From: Gammaproteobacteria bacterium | Lineage (GTDB): Bacteria; Pseudomonadota; Gammaproteobacteria; Ga0077536 | Assembly (NCBI GenBank): GCA_016191285.1 | Contig: JACPPA010000057.1 | Span: 977-64,976 of the forward strand | Reading direction: 5' to 3' | DNA length: 64,000 nt | In this document: piece by piece, positions 42,355-52,160 of the stretch | Layout of the letters: every line of letters begins with the position of its first letter | Numbering within the stretch: position 1 is the stretch's first letter | Program-made: the position numbers and the translations under genes | Notes under the pieces: generated by a model | What the model was told of the DNA's origin: nothing | The model's database searches: none | The model's input: the letters and a program-made list of their open reading frames with translations, nothing else

Positions 42355-42890
42355 CGTCATGCCGGCGAATGCCGGAATCCAGTACGGTTTCGCGGCGCCT
42401 TCGCGCGTGAAAAAAGCGCTCTACGATTAGCGTGGAGGCTGGACCTTATTGAGCGCACGAACTCGCGTTGGGAAGACCGGTATTCGAGGTTGCTTTAAGG
42501 TCCTCTGGATTCCGGCGTGCGCCGGAATGACGATGGTGGGGTTGCTGCTCTAAGGCCTCTGGATTCCGGCATGCGCCGGCATGACGGTGGTGGGGGCTCT
42601 GAGGCCCTTTGGATACCGGCATTCGCCGGCATGACGGTGGTGGGGGCTCTGAGGTCCTTTGGATTCCGGCATTCGCCGGCATGACGGTGGTGGGGGGACT
42701 CTGAGGTCCTTTGGATTCCGGCGTTCTGGGCCGTGTAACAACTCCAAGTGAATTCGAGCAGGAAACAACAACCCGGCACCCGTCATTCCGGCGCACGCCG
42801 GAATCCAGTAAAAAAAAGCGGATCCGCGCTGCGCGGACGCCTATTCTGACTGGATCCCAGAGTTTCGCTGTGCGAATTCCGGAGTGACGG
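42355..42890. repeat. Cluster of CGTCATTCCGGC..GCCGGAATCCAG palindromes including a ~50-bp tandem array
   Basis: Units start at 42507, 42561, 42611, 42661 and 42713 (GGATTCCGGCATTCGCCGGCATGACGGTGGTGGGGGCTCTGAGGTCCTTT); inverted copies at 42355 and 42781. Confidence 0.88.
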
Positions 42891-43018
42891 CGGTTCGAGC
42901 TTTTACACAGCCTCGCAAGCCGGCATGACGAGTGGGCCGCGACAAGGTGCTTCGATGAATAAAGGTGCATAAGAAGAGTCAGCCTTGCGGGTAGGAAATG
43001 GTCTCGCTTCGCAACGTC

Positions 43019-43033
43019 TGGCACGCGACTTGC
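43019..43033 (+). promoter_or_regulatory. Sigma-54 (-24/-12) promoter
   Basis: TGGCAC-GCGAC-TTGC, about 35 bp upstream of ATG 43068. Confidence 0.7.
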
Positions 43034-43067
43034 GAGGCCAGGTCATCGCAGGGAGATCATCCGCGTC

Positions 43068-43649
43068 ATGGAAATCAATCGGACCGCCTTACCGGTCACG
43101 GGACCCGCGCCAGCAAATGGCGGCGTCATGCACACCCTTAGGTCGATGTTGTTTGGCGACGGTCCGTCGTTTAGCGATGTCCTAGATCTAGTAAATCCGT
43201 TGCAACACATCCCGATTATCGGCTCCCTCTATCGCAAATTGACGGGCGACGTAATCGCGCCGGCGATCCGCGTCGCTGGCGGCGCGTTGTTCGGCGGCCC
43301 ACTCGGCGCCGCGTTATCGTTGGGCAGCATGCTCGTGGAGCCGGCAAGTGCTAAGGAGGGCGCGCCGAGGACGGCAGATCCCGTTGTTGCATTGGCGGAG
43401 GCTTCGAGCGGCCAGCCCTATCGCGGCGGGTGGATTGTGAATGCCGCGATGACCGGCCAGATGTTACCGTTCGCGCCGTCTTCGATCCCGGCCACTGCCG
43501 AGGCCACGAAGAGCCCGGCAAAAATCGCCGAGACCAATCATCCAGAAGTCAGACGCGGCGGCTGGATAGTGGCGCAGGCCTACGCACTCAATGCTGCGGA
43601 GCAAGCGGCGAATGACAAAGTCGCCGGGCAAATCGATGATGCGGTTTGA
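43068..43649 (+). CDS. Conserved hypothetical protein
   Basis: FSDVLDLVNPLQHIPIIGSLYRKLTGD..GGALFGGPLG; repeated RGGWIV motif. Confidence 0.7.
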   Translation: MEINRTALPVTGPAPANGGVMHTLRSMLFGDGPSFSDVLDLVNPLQHIPIIGSLYRKLTGDVIAPAIRVAGGALFGGPLGAALSLGSMLVEPASAKEGAPRTADPVVALAEASSGQPYRGGWIVNAAMTGQMLPFAPSSIPATAEATKSPAKIAETNHPEVRRGGWIVAQAYALNAAEQAANDKVAGQIDDAV

Positions 43650-43790
43650 CGCCTATTAGATTCCAAGTTCGTCCTTCGATGACGATCCGTTCAATCCGTT
43701 TGCGCTAACCCGCCTCGGCTGCGCCGATCACTCCGACCAGCGCGCACCGATTTGATATGCTCCGCCAATAACTAACGCGGAGGTACGCCG

Positions 43791-44981
43791 GTGCATTCGA
43801 TTCTCGGTGGAATTCGGGTGGTGGAAGCGGCGACCTTTGTCGCTGGGCCCGCGGCAGGGACGATCATGGCGGATTTCGGCGCCGATGTGATCCACATCGA
43901 GCCACCAGGAATTGGCGACGCCTACCGCTATTTGTACAAGCTGCGACCGCTGCCGGAATGCGCGGAGAACTACCCGTGGCTCCTCGATTCGCGCAACAAA
44001 AAATCGATCACCCTGAACTTGAAGCGGCCCGCCGGGCGCGCGGCGCTTTATCGACTGCTGGAGACGGCAGACGTCTTTATCACTAACTATCAACCTTCCG
44101 TGCTCAGCGATCTTGGCGTCCGTTTCGAGGATATCGACGGCTTGAGCGCGCGATTGATCTACGCGCATGTCACGGGTTATGGCGACGCGGGCGCCGAAGT
44201 CGAGCGGCCCGGTTACGACGCGACGGCATGGTGGGCGCGCTCTGGCATGATGGACCTCATTCGTCCGCACGGCGGCGAACTCGCGTTGTCGGCGCCCGGC
44301 ATGGGCGATCATCCGACCGCAGTCGCTCTGTTCGGTGCGATCATGCTCGCGCTGTATCGTCGCGAGCGCACCGGCCAGGGCGGAAAGGTGTCGACCTCGC
44401 TGATGGCGAACGGCGTGTGGGCCAATGGCATCCTTGCCCAGGCAGCACTGTGCGGGGCGACGTTCTTCGAACGCGGCACCCACGCTGAATCGCCGAATCC
44501 GTTGATCGCGGTTTATCAGACTCTGGACGAACGCCATTTTTCACTGGTGATGGTGAAAGAGGCGCACGAATGGGATCTCTTCTGTACTGCGATCGCGCGC
44601 CCGGAATTGGGCGCCGATCCGCGTTTCGAGTCGTCGGCCAAACGGCGCGAACACGCGTCGGCGCTGGTCGCGATCCTCGATCAAGTGTTCGCCACTAAGA
44701 CGCTCGCCGAGTGGAGTGCCATCCTGGACCAGCATCGCGTGACCTTCGGGGTCGTGCAGAAGAGTGAGGCCTTGCCGAGCGATGCGCAGATGCTTGCGAA
44801 CGGTGTGTTTCCGGAGATCGTCGATTTGCCGGGCCGGCGGACGGTCGATTCGCCGATTAACGTCGACGGTACCACGAAGATCCCGCCGCAGGCGGCGCCG
44901 GCGCTCGGCGCACATACGCGCGAAGTGCTGCAGAACCTCGGCTATTCAGACGCCGAGATCACGGCGATGGCCGCGGATTAA
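43791..44981 (+). CDS. CaiB/BaiF family III CoA-transferase
   Basis: AGPAAGTIMADFGADVIHIEPP, RNKKSITLNLK, PGYD, LGAHT. Confidence 0.92.
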   Translation: MHSILGGIRVVEAATFVAGPAAGTIMADFGADVIHIEPPGIGDAYRYLYKLRPLPECAENYPWLLDSRNKKSITLNLKRPAGRAALYRLLETADVFITNYQPSVLSDLGVRFEDIDGLSARLIYAHVTGYGDAGAEVERPGYDATAWWARSGMMDLIRPHGGELALSAPGMGDHPTAVALFGAIMLALYRRERTGQGGKVSTSLMANGVWANGILAQAALCGATFFERGTHAESPNPLIAVYQTLDERHFSLVMVKEAHEWDLFCTAIARPELGADPRFESSAKRREHASALVAILDQVFATKTLAEWSAILDQHRVTFGVVQKSEALPSDAQMLANGVFPEIVDLPGRRTVDSPINVDGTTKIPPQAAPALGAHTREVLQNLGYSDAEITAMAAD

Positions 44982-45043
44982 CGGTGCTGACACCGGCGTT
45001 GCCCGTCAGCGAGACTACGTCTGAGCGAAACTTTGAAGGGACG

Positions 45044-45451
45044 ATGAGCATGGAACCAAACGCGATCGCCACGATTGAAGAATGCGCGAAGCGCTCTCAC
45101 GACGGCAGCATTGATTTTGGCTCAGTGGTCATGAAATTAATGTCGGTTGGTGTCGAGTCCTATCATGCGGACTACCGGCGCGGCGAAACAACCTATTATT
45201 TGCCGAACGGCGACTCTCACGTCGTGGCGTTTCCGACCAGTCACGCCACGATCGCGGAGAATTTCGTTGCCTCAGAGATTCAAGCCGCGGTTCGTGGCGC
45301 ACAAACCGGGACGGTTAAGTACCCCGAGTTTAAAACGCGCACGATGGCGGCGGGTTGCGTTGGCTACTGCGTGTGGATTGTGGGCGGCACTGTCCAGTAT
45401 TTCGGTCGTCGAGGCCAAGTCCATACCGAGCACTTTCCCGGCCAGAACTAG
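45044..45451 (+). CDS. DUF1398 family protein
   Basis: F..VV..L..GVESY..D, AGCVGY.V, YFGRRGQVHTEHFP. Confidence 0.8.
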   Translation: MSMEPNAIATIEECAKRSHDGSIDFGSVVMKLMSVGVESYHADYRRGETTYYLPNGDSHVVAFPTSHATIAENFVASEIQAAVRGAQTGTVKYPEFKTRTMAAGCVGYCVWIVGGTVQYFGRRGQVHTEHFPGQN

Positions 45452-45492
45452 GCAGGCGCCGCCATTAGCGCGAAATTAACGCCGTCGCCAAA

Positions 45493-45945
45493 TTAAATCG
45501 GCTCCAGCAATACCACCGGAATTTCACGCTGCGTCTTGTCCTGATACTGGGTGTACGGAGGATACATCGCCGCCATCTGTTTCCAGATATTGGCGCGCTC
45601 AACACCGCTCGTCACGCGCGCCTTCGCCTTAACGACTTTGTCGGCCACTTGCACAGTGACGACATTCTGCGCGAGCAAATTGTGATACCAGCCGGGATGT
45701 TTCGGCGCGCCACCCTTGGAGGCGACGATCGCGTACGCGCCTTTCACTTCGCCGTAGAGCAAGGGCATGACACTGGACGTGCCGGACTTCGCGCCAACGG
45801 TGGTCAGTAACAAGGTCGGCAAGGGTCCCGGTCCGCCAGCGAACGACGAATCCCATAAATGACCGGCGGCAGGATTCTTAAGATATTGGTCGCGGTGCTG
45901 GGCAATCCAACCCTTGGTGCTCGCTTCGATAATAGGGTCGCTCAT
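45493..45945 (-). CDS. Deazaflavin (F420)-dependent nitroreductase-family oxidoreductase
   Basis: LLLTTVGAKSG, VASKGGAPKHPGWYHNL, YQDKTQREIPVV. Confidence 0.9.
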   Translation of the reverse strand: MSDPIIEASTKGWIAQHRDQYLKNPAAGHLWDSSFAGGPGPLPTLLLTTVGAKSGTSSVMPLLYGEVKGAYAIVASKGGAPKHPGWYHNLLAQNVVTVQVADKVVKAKARVTSGVERANIWKQMAAMYPPYTQYQDKTQREIPVVLLEPI

Positions 45946-46122
45946 GGGGTTTTCTCCGTGGCTAAAAGGTTGTCCATCGTACACAGGCTGCGCGCGGATT
46001 TCACGGCTTTAGCGAATAAGTATTCGCGCGCGCGCGTTAGAACGGCGCCGCAAAATCGGTTTAACCTATTAGAGGAGCGCGTGTCGCGCATCGATGAGTT
46101 GGGCCGCCAAGGGAATTCCGAA

Positions 46123-46617
46123 ATGAGCGTGGAAATCGAACGAGGATACGCGCCGGGTGCGATTGGCCGCATCACCGAACTACATGGGACCTTCTACCAG
46201 CAACACACCGGCTTCGGTCTTTATTTTGAAAGCAAGGTGGCTTGTGAGCTATCGGAGTTTCTCCGCCGTTACGACAGCAACCGGGACGGAATCTGGCTAG
46301 CGCGCACGCACGGCAGTATCGAAGGGTCGCTCGTCATCGACAGTGTCGACGCCGCGACGGCAGGCGCGCACCTGCGCTGGTTTATCGCTTCCGATACCCT
46401 GCGCGGTACCGGCGTTGGCAATCGACTGATGCGTGCGGCACTCGATTTTTGCCGTTTGCGAAATTACATAAAAATTTATTTGTGGACCTTTGAAGGATTG
46501 AACGCTGCGCGTCATCTATACGAGAAATATGGTTTCCGCTTAGTACAACAGCAGCGCGGTAATCAGTGGGGGGCGGAGGTCAATGAACAACGTTTCGAGT
46601 GTCGGCTGGCGCAGTAG
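46123..46617 (+). CDS. GNAT family N-acetyltransferase
   Basis: AHLRWFI..RGTGVG, LWTFEGLNAARHLYEKYGF. Confidence 0.88.
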   Translation: MSVEIERGYAPGAIGRITELHGTFYQQHTGFGLYFESKVACELSEFLRRYDSNRDGIWLARTHGSIEGSLVIDSVDAATAGAHLRWFIASDTLRGTGVGNRLMRAALDFCRLRNYIKIYLWTFEGLNAARHLYEKYGFRLVQQQRGNQWGAEVNEQRFECRLAQ

Positions 46618-46624
46618 CACAACC

Positions 46625-46850
46625 GTGACTTTAAATCGTGTGCCCAAGGTATACGCGATAGATACAATCGCAACTTGTGTGTATTCGTCGTACGGAATGC
46701 CGAGCAGGTCCGCGATGTCTCGCCCATGAACCCAAGTCGTCGTTGCGAGGAGTACAACGACGACTTGCCATGTTTTCATCCACGATCTGGAACGTCGGGG
46801 CATCGCGCCGCTCAAGGGGCTCAGTATTTCCGCTTCTCTATGTAGCGGCT
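46625..46850 (-). pseudogene. Nitroreductase-family fragment
   Basis: ..IADLLGIPYDEYTQVAIVSIAYTLGTRFK C-terminal motif without an intact gene. Confidence 0.5.
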
Positions 46851-46928
46851 AATCGCGTTCAAACGATTGTCGACCGACCCTGAGTCCGGCTACCTTAGAC
46901 GCTCAATCCAATGCACGGAGCCGCGGTC

Positions 46929-47234
46929 ATGTTTAAAGTCATTGGCATTATCAAGCGCCCGGTCGGCATGGAATTCGAAGCGTTTAAAACCTGGTGGCTT
47001 ACGGAACACGCGCCCAAGGTCAAACAGTGGCCGGGGCTGGTCAAATACGCGATCAATCTTTGCACCACACCCGATCAACCCTTCGACGGCGTCGCGGAAG
47101 TGTGGTTCGAAACGCGCGCGGCCATGGGCGCGGTGTTCAGCACGCCGCAAGGCCAATATGCCCGCGAAGGCGCGACGGCAACGGCTTCGAGCTTGGTTAT
47201 CCTACAAACCGAGGAGCACGTAATGGTGGCGTGA
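46929..47234 (+). CDS. EthD-family protein
   Basis: EHAPKV..PGLVKY..N, FDGVAEVWF. Confidence 0.85.
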   Translation: MFKVIGIIKRPVGMEFEAFKTWWLTEHAPKVKQWPGLVKYAINLCTTPDQPFDGVAEVWFETRAAMGAVFSTPQGQYAREGATATASSLVILQTEEHVMVA

Positions 47235-47315
47235 AACTACGATGAACAAAGCGGCGAATTCGTCGTTGATTTCAACTTACGGCATCAACACTTCGGCACA
47301 CAAGGAACCGGCCAA

Positions 47316-47532
47316 TGCCAAAACCGAGTGAATTTTTCATCGGCATCCTCGACTTCTTCGCAATCTTGCTGCCCGGCGCAATCCTCACCGCGATTTTCGC
47401 GCTCCGGATGAATCATTTTTTGTTCGGGCCTACGAGCGGCGATTGAAGAGTACGACCCAAGCGTATATCCACGCTTTAACGCTGTATCGCCTGGGTGATT
47501 TAGCTAATGATGCCAGAGCATCGATTACTTAA
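47316..47532 (+). pseudogene. Internally deleted membrane-protein gene
   Basis: MPKPSEFFIGILDFFAILLPGAILT then out-of-frame YERRLKSTTQAY..; ends just before AATTAAATCTGTCCCC. Confidence 0.4.
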
Positions 47533-47559
47533 CCCGAAATTAAATCTGTCCCCAAAAAA

Positions 47560-47720
47560 TTGAAAAAGCCGACCGCGCGTACTGTTCCCGCCCTACTTGC
47601 CGAATTGGTAGCTCGCGCACCAGACGCGCCGTTTCTCGTTGGCGACGATGTACGTCTGAGTTACGGTGAATTCGCCGACTCGGTGGTGTTGACTGCACGC
47701 GCGCTGAGCGCGCAAGGGAT
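47560..47720 (+). pseudogene. Acyl-CoA synthetase N-terminal fragment cut at the transposase repeat
   Basis: TVPALLAELVARAPDAPFLV..RLSYGEF...ARALSAQG. Confidence 0.6.
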
Positions 47721-47737
47721 GACAGGTGCCGATGACA

Positions 47738-48838
47738 GGTGCCGGAGTTTCGCTTATTCGTTTATTCAGGCAACATTTTGCGCGAAGTGTCGTTCCAATA
47801 AACCGTGCAAGGTCGAGGGGCTGCGCCCGAACAACCGCGCGACTTCTGACAATTGCGCGCTGCGTTCGTCTAGCAGGCGAGCCGCTATCTGGGCTCGGAT
47901 ACGACATAGCTTGCGGCTTCGTGATTGGCTCCGGAGCAACGAAAGACTAACACCCAACTCGACCGCATAGTGCTCTGCCATCGCCGATAGTGTTTCAGAG
48001 GGCGGGCCAGACGCGTTCTCACCCAATGAAAACGAGCCCTGCGAATCGGTGCCCAGAAGTCGTGGGTCGGATGAATTCTCGCCCCGTAGCAGAGTCAACT
48101 CGCTGTCCGGGCCATCGACGCTGAGAAATTTTCGATATGCCCTGCGCGCGTCTCCCAATCGACTTCCGAACAACGCGAGTATTGATTCCGTCGTCAACCA
48201 AGAAACCGCCGTGAGCCCCACATAAGCGCGATGGCTACTCCATGGATAGTCCGTTGGTTCGGCTACCAGACCGGCACGTACTGGGTTGCGATGAATGTAT
48301 CGCACAAGGCTCACGAGATACGCAGTGTCGTTTATCAATATCGCCTTGTAGCGGCGTTCGAACAAATGCCCAGTCGTCAGGAGGTTTCGTTGCACGCGAC
48401 GCGCGTATTGGCTGGCGATGGATTGCATGAAGTGGCCTAACGGCCGCGTACCAACTTGAACTGCGAGGTGAATGTGGTTGCTCATCCAACAATACGCATG
48501 AATATGCGTGTCGTTGGCGCGGATCGCTCGCGCGATTGTCGTCTCGATCAGATCGCGATCAGAGTCGCAGTAAAAGATTTGCTGACGATGATTCCCACGC
48601 AAAATCACGTGATAAATTCCGCCCGCAAGATGAATTCTCGGTCGTCTCGGCATCCTTGCAATCCCAAAGCAGGCCATCCTTGGCCCGGTTGTCACGGATT
48701 ATCGCAGAACCGATTGCATCTGCCAGCTTTAGCGTCTTCCACCGATAATCGAATAAGCGAAACTCCGGCACCGTCCGGCACCGGCACCGTGCGGCCGTCA
48801 CCGTGCGGCAATAAACGAATATACGAAACTCCGGCACC
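47738..48838. mobile_element. Y1-transposase element bounded by 23-bp inverted repeats
   Basis: GGTGCCGGAGTTTCGCTTATTCG (47738-47760) vs CGAATAAGCGAAACTCCGGCACC (48750-48772), perfect; second right copy at 48816-48838. Confidence 0.75.
47766..48653 (-). CDS. IS200-like / REP-associated tyrosine (Y1 HUH) transposase with C-terminal HTH
   Basis: MPRRPR..YHVILRGN, AYCWMSNHIHL (HUH), GHLFERRY, YIHRNPVRAG, YPWSS; C-terminal LSEVARLFGRSPSTL. Confidence 0.92.
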   Translation of the reverse strand: MPRRPRIHLAGGIYHVILRGNHRQQIFYCDSDRDLIETTIARAIRANDTHIHAYCWMSNHIHLAVQVGTRPLGHFMQSIASQYARRVQRNLLTTGHLFERRYKAILINDTAYLVSLVRYIHRNPVRAGLVAEPTDYPWSSHRAYVGLTAVSWLTTESILALFGSRLGDARRAYRKFLSVDGPDSELTLLRGENSSDPRLLGTDSQGSFSLGENASGPPSETLSAMAEHYAVELGVSLSLLRSQSRSRKLCRIRAQIAARLLDERSAQLSEVARLFGRSPSTLHGLLERHFAQNVA

Positions 48839-48909
48839 GCTTTTTACGAGATGTTCTCGCTGTCGCTACCGCGCGCGCTCCCGCTGTTTTCCTCCTCACG
48901 CGGTATCCG

Positions 48910-50067
48910 TTATCGCAGCTCCCGGAAAAAGGCGCGAACATCGTCAACCAATAGCTGCGGCTTTTCCATCGCCGCGAAATGCCCACCGGCCGGCATCGGG
49001 GTCCAGCGCTGAATATTGTAGGCTCGTTCGGCCCATTCACGCGGAGGCGTGGCAATCTCTTTGGGAAACAGTGCTATCGCAGTCGGCACGGTAACCTTGT
49101 CATTTTTTCCCATACGCCACGGATGCTGTCGCTCCTCAAAGTACAGTCGGGTGGAGGAATTAATCGTCTGGGTCGCCCAGTAAATCATAATGTTGGTCAG
49201 GAGCTGATCTTTGGTGTACGAGTTTTCGACATTGCCATTGCAATCACTCCACGTCCGGAATTTTTCGACGATCCAGGCACACAGACCAACCGGCGAATCG
49301 TTCAGTGCATAGCCTAGCGTCTGCGGCTTGGTGCCTTGAATGCCTTGATAGCCAGTTTCTTCGTTACGCCATTTATCCATCGACTGCAGAAAAGTTTGTT
49401 CCGTCGGAGAAAGATTCTGGCGATTGGCCGGATGTGGAGCGACACCGACCATATTGAGATGAATACCGGCAACGTGATCGGCATCGGCAAATCCTAACCG
49501 GGAGGTGACCATCGCCCCCCAATCCCCCCCTTGAGCGCCGTACCGTGTATAGCCAAGGACATCGTTCATCAGCACGGCGAACCACTCGGCAATGCGCGTG
49601 ATGTTGACTTGCCGATCGTGTGTCGGGTCAGAAAATCCATACCCCGGGAGCGAGGGTGCGATGACATCGAACGCATCAGCCGGATCACCGCCATGCGCCG
49701 CTGGATCGGTAAGCGGTCCAATGATCTCCACGAACTCGGCGATCGACCCGGGCCAGCCGTGCGTGATAATCAACGGAAACGGTTTTGGTCCTTTGCCGCG
49801 TTCGTGAATGTAGTGGAGTCGCTGACCATCGATAATGACGCGAAAATGCGTCCAGCGATTGAGCTGCCGCTCGTGCACCCGCCAGTCGTAGCGCGTGCGC
49901 CAGTAGTCGACCAACTCTTTCATGTAGGCCAAGTTCGTGCCGTAATCCCACGCAGAGTTCGGGACTTCCCCCGGCCATCGCACGCGCTCAAGCCGTTCAC
50001 GCAGATCGGTCAGTACGGCGTCTGACACATCGATACTGAATGGTTCTGGGGTCGTATATCGTGACAT
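48910..50067 (-). CDS. Epoxide hydrolase (EHN + alpha/beta hydrolase)
   Basis: YDWR..E..LN, HGWPGS, PSLPGYGFS, QGGDWG, GGHFAAME. Confidence 0.95.
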   Translation of the reverse strand: MSRYTTPEPFSIDVSDAVLTDLRERLERVRWPGEVPNSAWDYGTNLAYMKELVDYWRTRYDWRVHERQLNRWTHFRVIIDGQRLHYIHERGKGPKPFPLIITHGWPGSIAEFVEIIGPLTDPAAHGGDPADAFDVIAPSLPGYGFSDPTHDRQVNITRIAEWFAVLMNDVLGYTRYGAQGGDWGAMVTSRLGFADADHVAGIHLNMVGVAPHPANRQNLSPTEQTFLQSMDKWRNEETGYQGIQGTKPQTLGYALNDSPVGLCAWIVEKFRTWSDCNGNVENSYTKDQLLTNIMIYWATQTINSSTRLYFEERQHPWRMGKNDKVTVPTAIALFPKEIATPPREWAERAYNIQRWTPMPAGGHFAAMEKPQLLVDDVRAFFRELR

Positions 50068-50238
50068 GATTCTTGGTCTCCAGAAACGTTGATATCCCGG
50101 CGACTTCAGCAGCGTTGTCGGGTGGGAAAGCGCAGTGCACCCGCCGAATGGGATCAACACGATCCGGCCCCAGTACTATGCATCGCCAGGGCAATCGTGC
50201 GATCTAATCGAAGGACGTGGCACGCCTGCGTTTTAAGG

Positions 50239-50676
50239 TTATCGATTCGCGTTGTACAACCCGATCAAGTCCTGCATGCTAATCGTGGCGACCACATTCA
50301 TGTCGTCGTCAAGCAATTCGTATAAAACGCCGTCGCTGCCGCGAATGCTGAAGGCGATAATCACATCCTGATCTCCCCCGCCTTCGCGATGAGGTTCGTT
50401 GCTCGGCGGGCTGGAAGTCAGGCTTCCTACCGGCCGGATCTCTTTAATCACGCCATTGGGGTGATAAAGCCGGTGTTCGCCTTGAATAACGAAGGTGTTG
50501 TTGTGCGCCAAGTGGCGGTGAAGAACGATTTGCTCGTTGGCGGAGAACTTGAATAGCACATCCGCGATATTGTTTTTCTCATCAACATCGAGAATGGAAA
50601 AGCGCAGATGCTCCAGGTCGCCGAGCTTCTGCCAGCTGATGTTGCGATCGTCAAAATTGAAAGCGCTCATAGACAT
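50239..50676 (-). CDS. Cupin-like protein
   Basis: LHRH...FVIQGEH...EPHREGG. Confidence 0.65.
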   Translation of the reverse strand: MSMSAFNFDDRNISWQKLGDLEHLRFSILDVDEKNNIADVLFKFSANEQIVLHRHLAHNNTFVIQGEHRLYHPNGVIKEIRPVGSLTSSPPSNEPHREGGGDQDVIIAFSIRGSDGVLYELLDDDMNVVATISMQDLIGLYNANR

Positions 50677-50734
50677 TACCTTCTGGTTGAATTGAATAAA
50701 GTTGCGTACAGTGATAGTGGCCAATAGAACCTCA

Positions 50735-51973
50735 TCACTCAGCAATCCCAGCCTGCGTGGTTGCTACCTCCCACACGAGCGGTAATCCATCCACCACGCC
50801 AACGAGGCCGCCACGAAACCGGATTTCCGCGCCAGGTGCGATCGCGAATTCGGGAATGCGCTTCAACCATTCCTCGATGGTGATCCGTATCTCGGTGCGC
50901 GCGAGATGCGCACCCGGACACAGGTGAGGTCCGTTACCGAACGTCGCGTGTTCGAAGGAGCTTCGGCGAAAATTAACCGTCAGCGCGTCGGCATTCAGCT
51001 GCTCATCCGTGCCGACCAAGGGAGTTGGAATGGCGACCATATCGCCCTGCCGCAATTGAACGCCGTCATACTCGATGTCGTTCCTCACTTCGCGCGCCAA
51101 GCTAACCACCGGGAAGCGGCGGAGCAGCTCTTGGACCGCGTTTGGAACGAGAGCGGGCTCGGCGATCAATTCGCGGCGATGTTCGGGGTTCCGCGCGAGG
51201 AACAGCAGCACGAATCCGAGGAAATTAACCACGGTGTCGAGTCCACCCAGCAGCATTTGCATGCACAGGCTTAGCATTTCTGATTTGCTGAGTTCGCGGC
51301 CGTTGACCTTGCCGTTGATGATGCGACTTAAGACGTCTTCGTCATCACCGCCAAAACGCGCGTCGATGTGCGGCTCGAGATAATCGTAGAGGTGTTGTTT
51401 GGCGTCGTGATAACTCATGCTGCCGTCGGGATGGACGATCTGATCCGTCCAAACTTTTATTTTGGCGACGTCGGTTTGCGGCAAATTCACCATCTCCATG
51501 AAAATCTGCACGGGCAGGATCTCGGCATACTCTTTCGTAAAATCGCATTGTCCCGTAGCGCGCACGTGTTCGACCAGTGCGCCCGCCAGCCGGCGAATCG
51601 TGCGCTCCATGCCGTTGACGGTTTTCGGCGCCAGGCTGGTGTTGAGCAGCAGGCGATAGGGGCGATGCGCCGGCGGATCCAACACCACGGGTAGCATCTG
51701 GTGCTGTTCGCCGACCGCTTTCGGAACCAGCATCACGCGACATGAAAAGCGTTCGTAGTCGGCGAAGACCTCCGCAATCATCCGGCCGCTGGTCGCCAGC
51801 CAATGTCCGCCGTTATGCGGCGTCCAGACCAGATCCGGCACGTCGGGCGCGTGCAGTTTCTGCCAGGCTTCATGAAACCCGTGCGCCACCCCTGGGGGGT
51901 TGTACAAATCGAAATCGATCACGCGCGCGGCCGGCACATTCGATGGGCGTTCGATTTTCGAATCAGGAGCCAC
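50735..51973 (-). CDS. Cytochrome P450 (CYP101/P450cam-like)
   Basis: VWTPHNGGHW, LDPPAH, LLGGLDTV, ELLRR, FGNGPHLCPG. Confidence 0.93.
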   Translation of the reverse strand: MAPDSKIERPSNVPAARVIDFDLYNPPGVAHGFHEAWQKLHAPDVPDLVWTPHNGGHWLATSGRMIAEVFADYERFSCRVMLVPKAVGEQHQMLPVVLDPPAHRPYRLLLNTSLAPKTVNGMERTIRRLAGALVEHVRATGQCDFTKEYAEILPVQIFMEMVNLPQTDVAKIKVWTDQIVHPDGSMSYHDAKQHLYDYLEPHIDARFGGDDEDVLSRIINGKVNGRELSKSEMLSLCMQMLLGGLDTVVNFLGFVLLFLARNPEHRRELIAEPALVPNAVQELLRRFPVVSLAREVRNDIEYDGVQLRQGDMVAIPTPLVGTDEQLNADALTVNFRRSSFEHATFGNGPHLCPGAHLARTEIRITIEEWLKRIPEFAIAPGAEIRFRGGLVGVVDGLPLVWEVATTQAGIAE

Positions 51974-52027
51974 GACAGATTTCTCCGCTCAGGTTGAACG
52001 CGATGCGATTACCGCCGGCCGTGCTTT

Positions 52028-52099
52028 GTGGGCGCCGGGCGCCGCTTTGAGCTTCGAATTCTGCGGAATTTCCCCATTCGCGGCTAAAGCCGCTCCCAC
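52028..52099. repeat. REP doublet (one arm degenerate)
   Basis: ..GCCGCTTTGAGCTTCGAA / TTCGCGGCTAAAGCCGCTCCCAC. Confidence 0.75.
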
Positions 52100-52160
52100 A
52101 GCAGCAACACGTCGATAGATGAAGGTTCATTACGGGACATCGCACTAGCATTTCTTGGCT

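Noticed and set aside
42507..42722. CRISPR array
   Set aside because: Linkers are nearly identical rather than unique spacers, the repeat also occurs inverted and dispersed, and no cas genes are present.
42446..43024. ORFs with repeated TTVMPANAGIQ peptides
   Set aside because: Translations of the palindromic tandem repeat.
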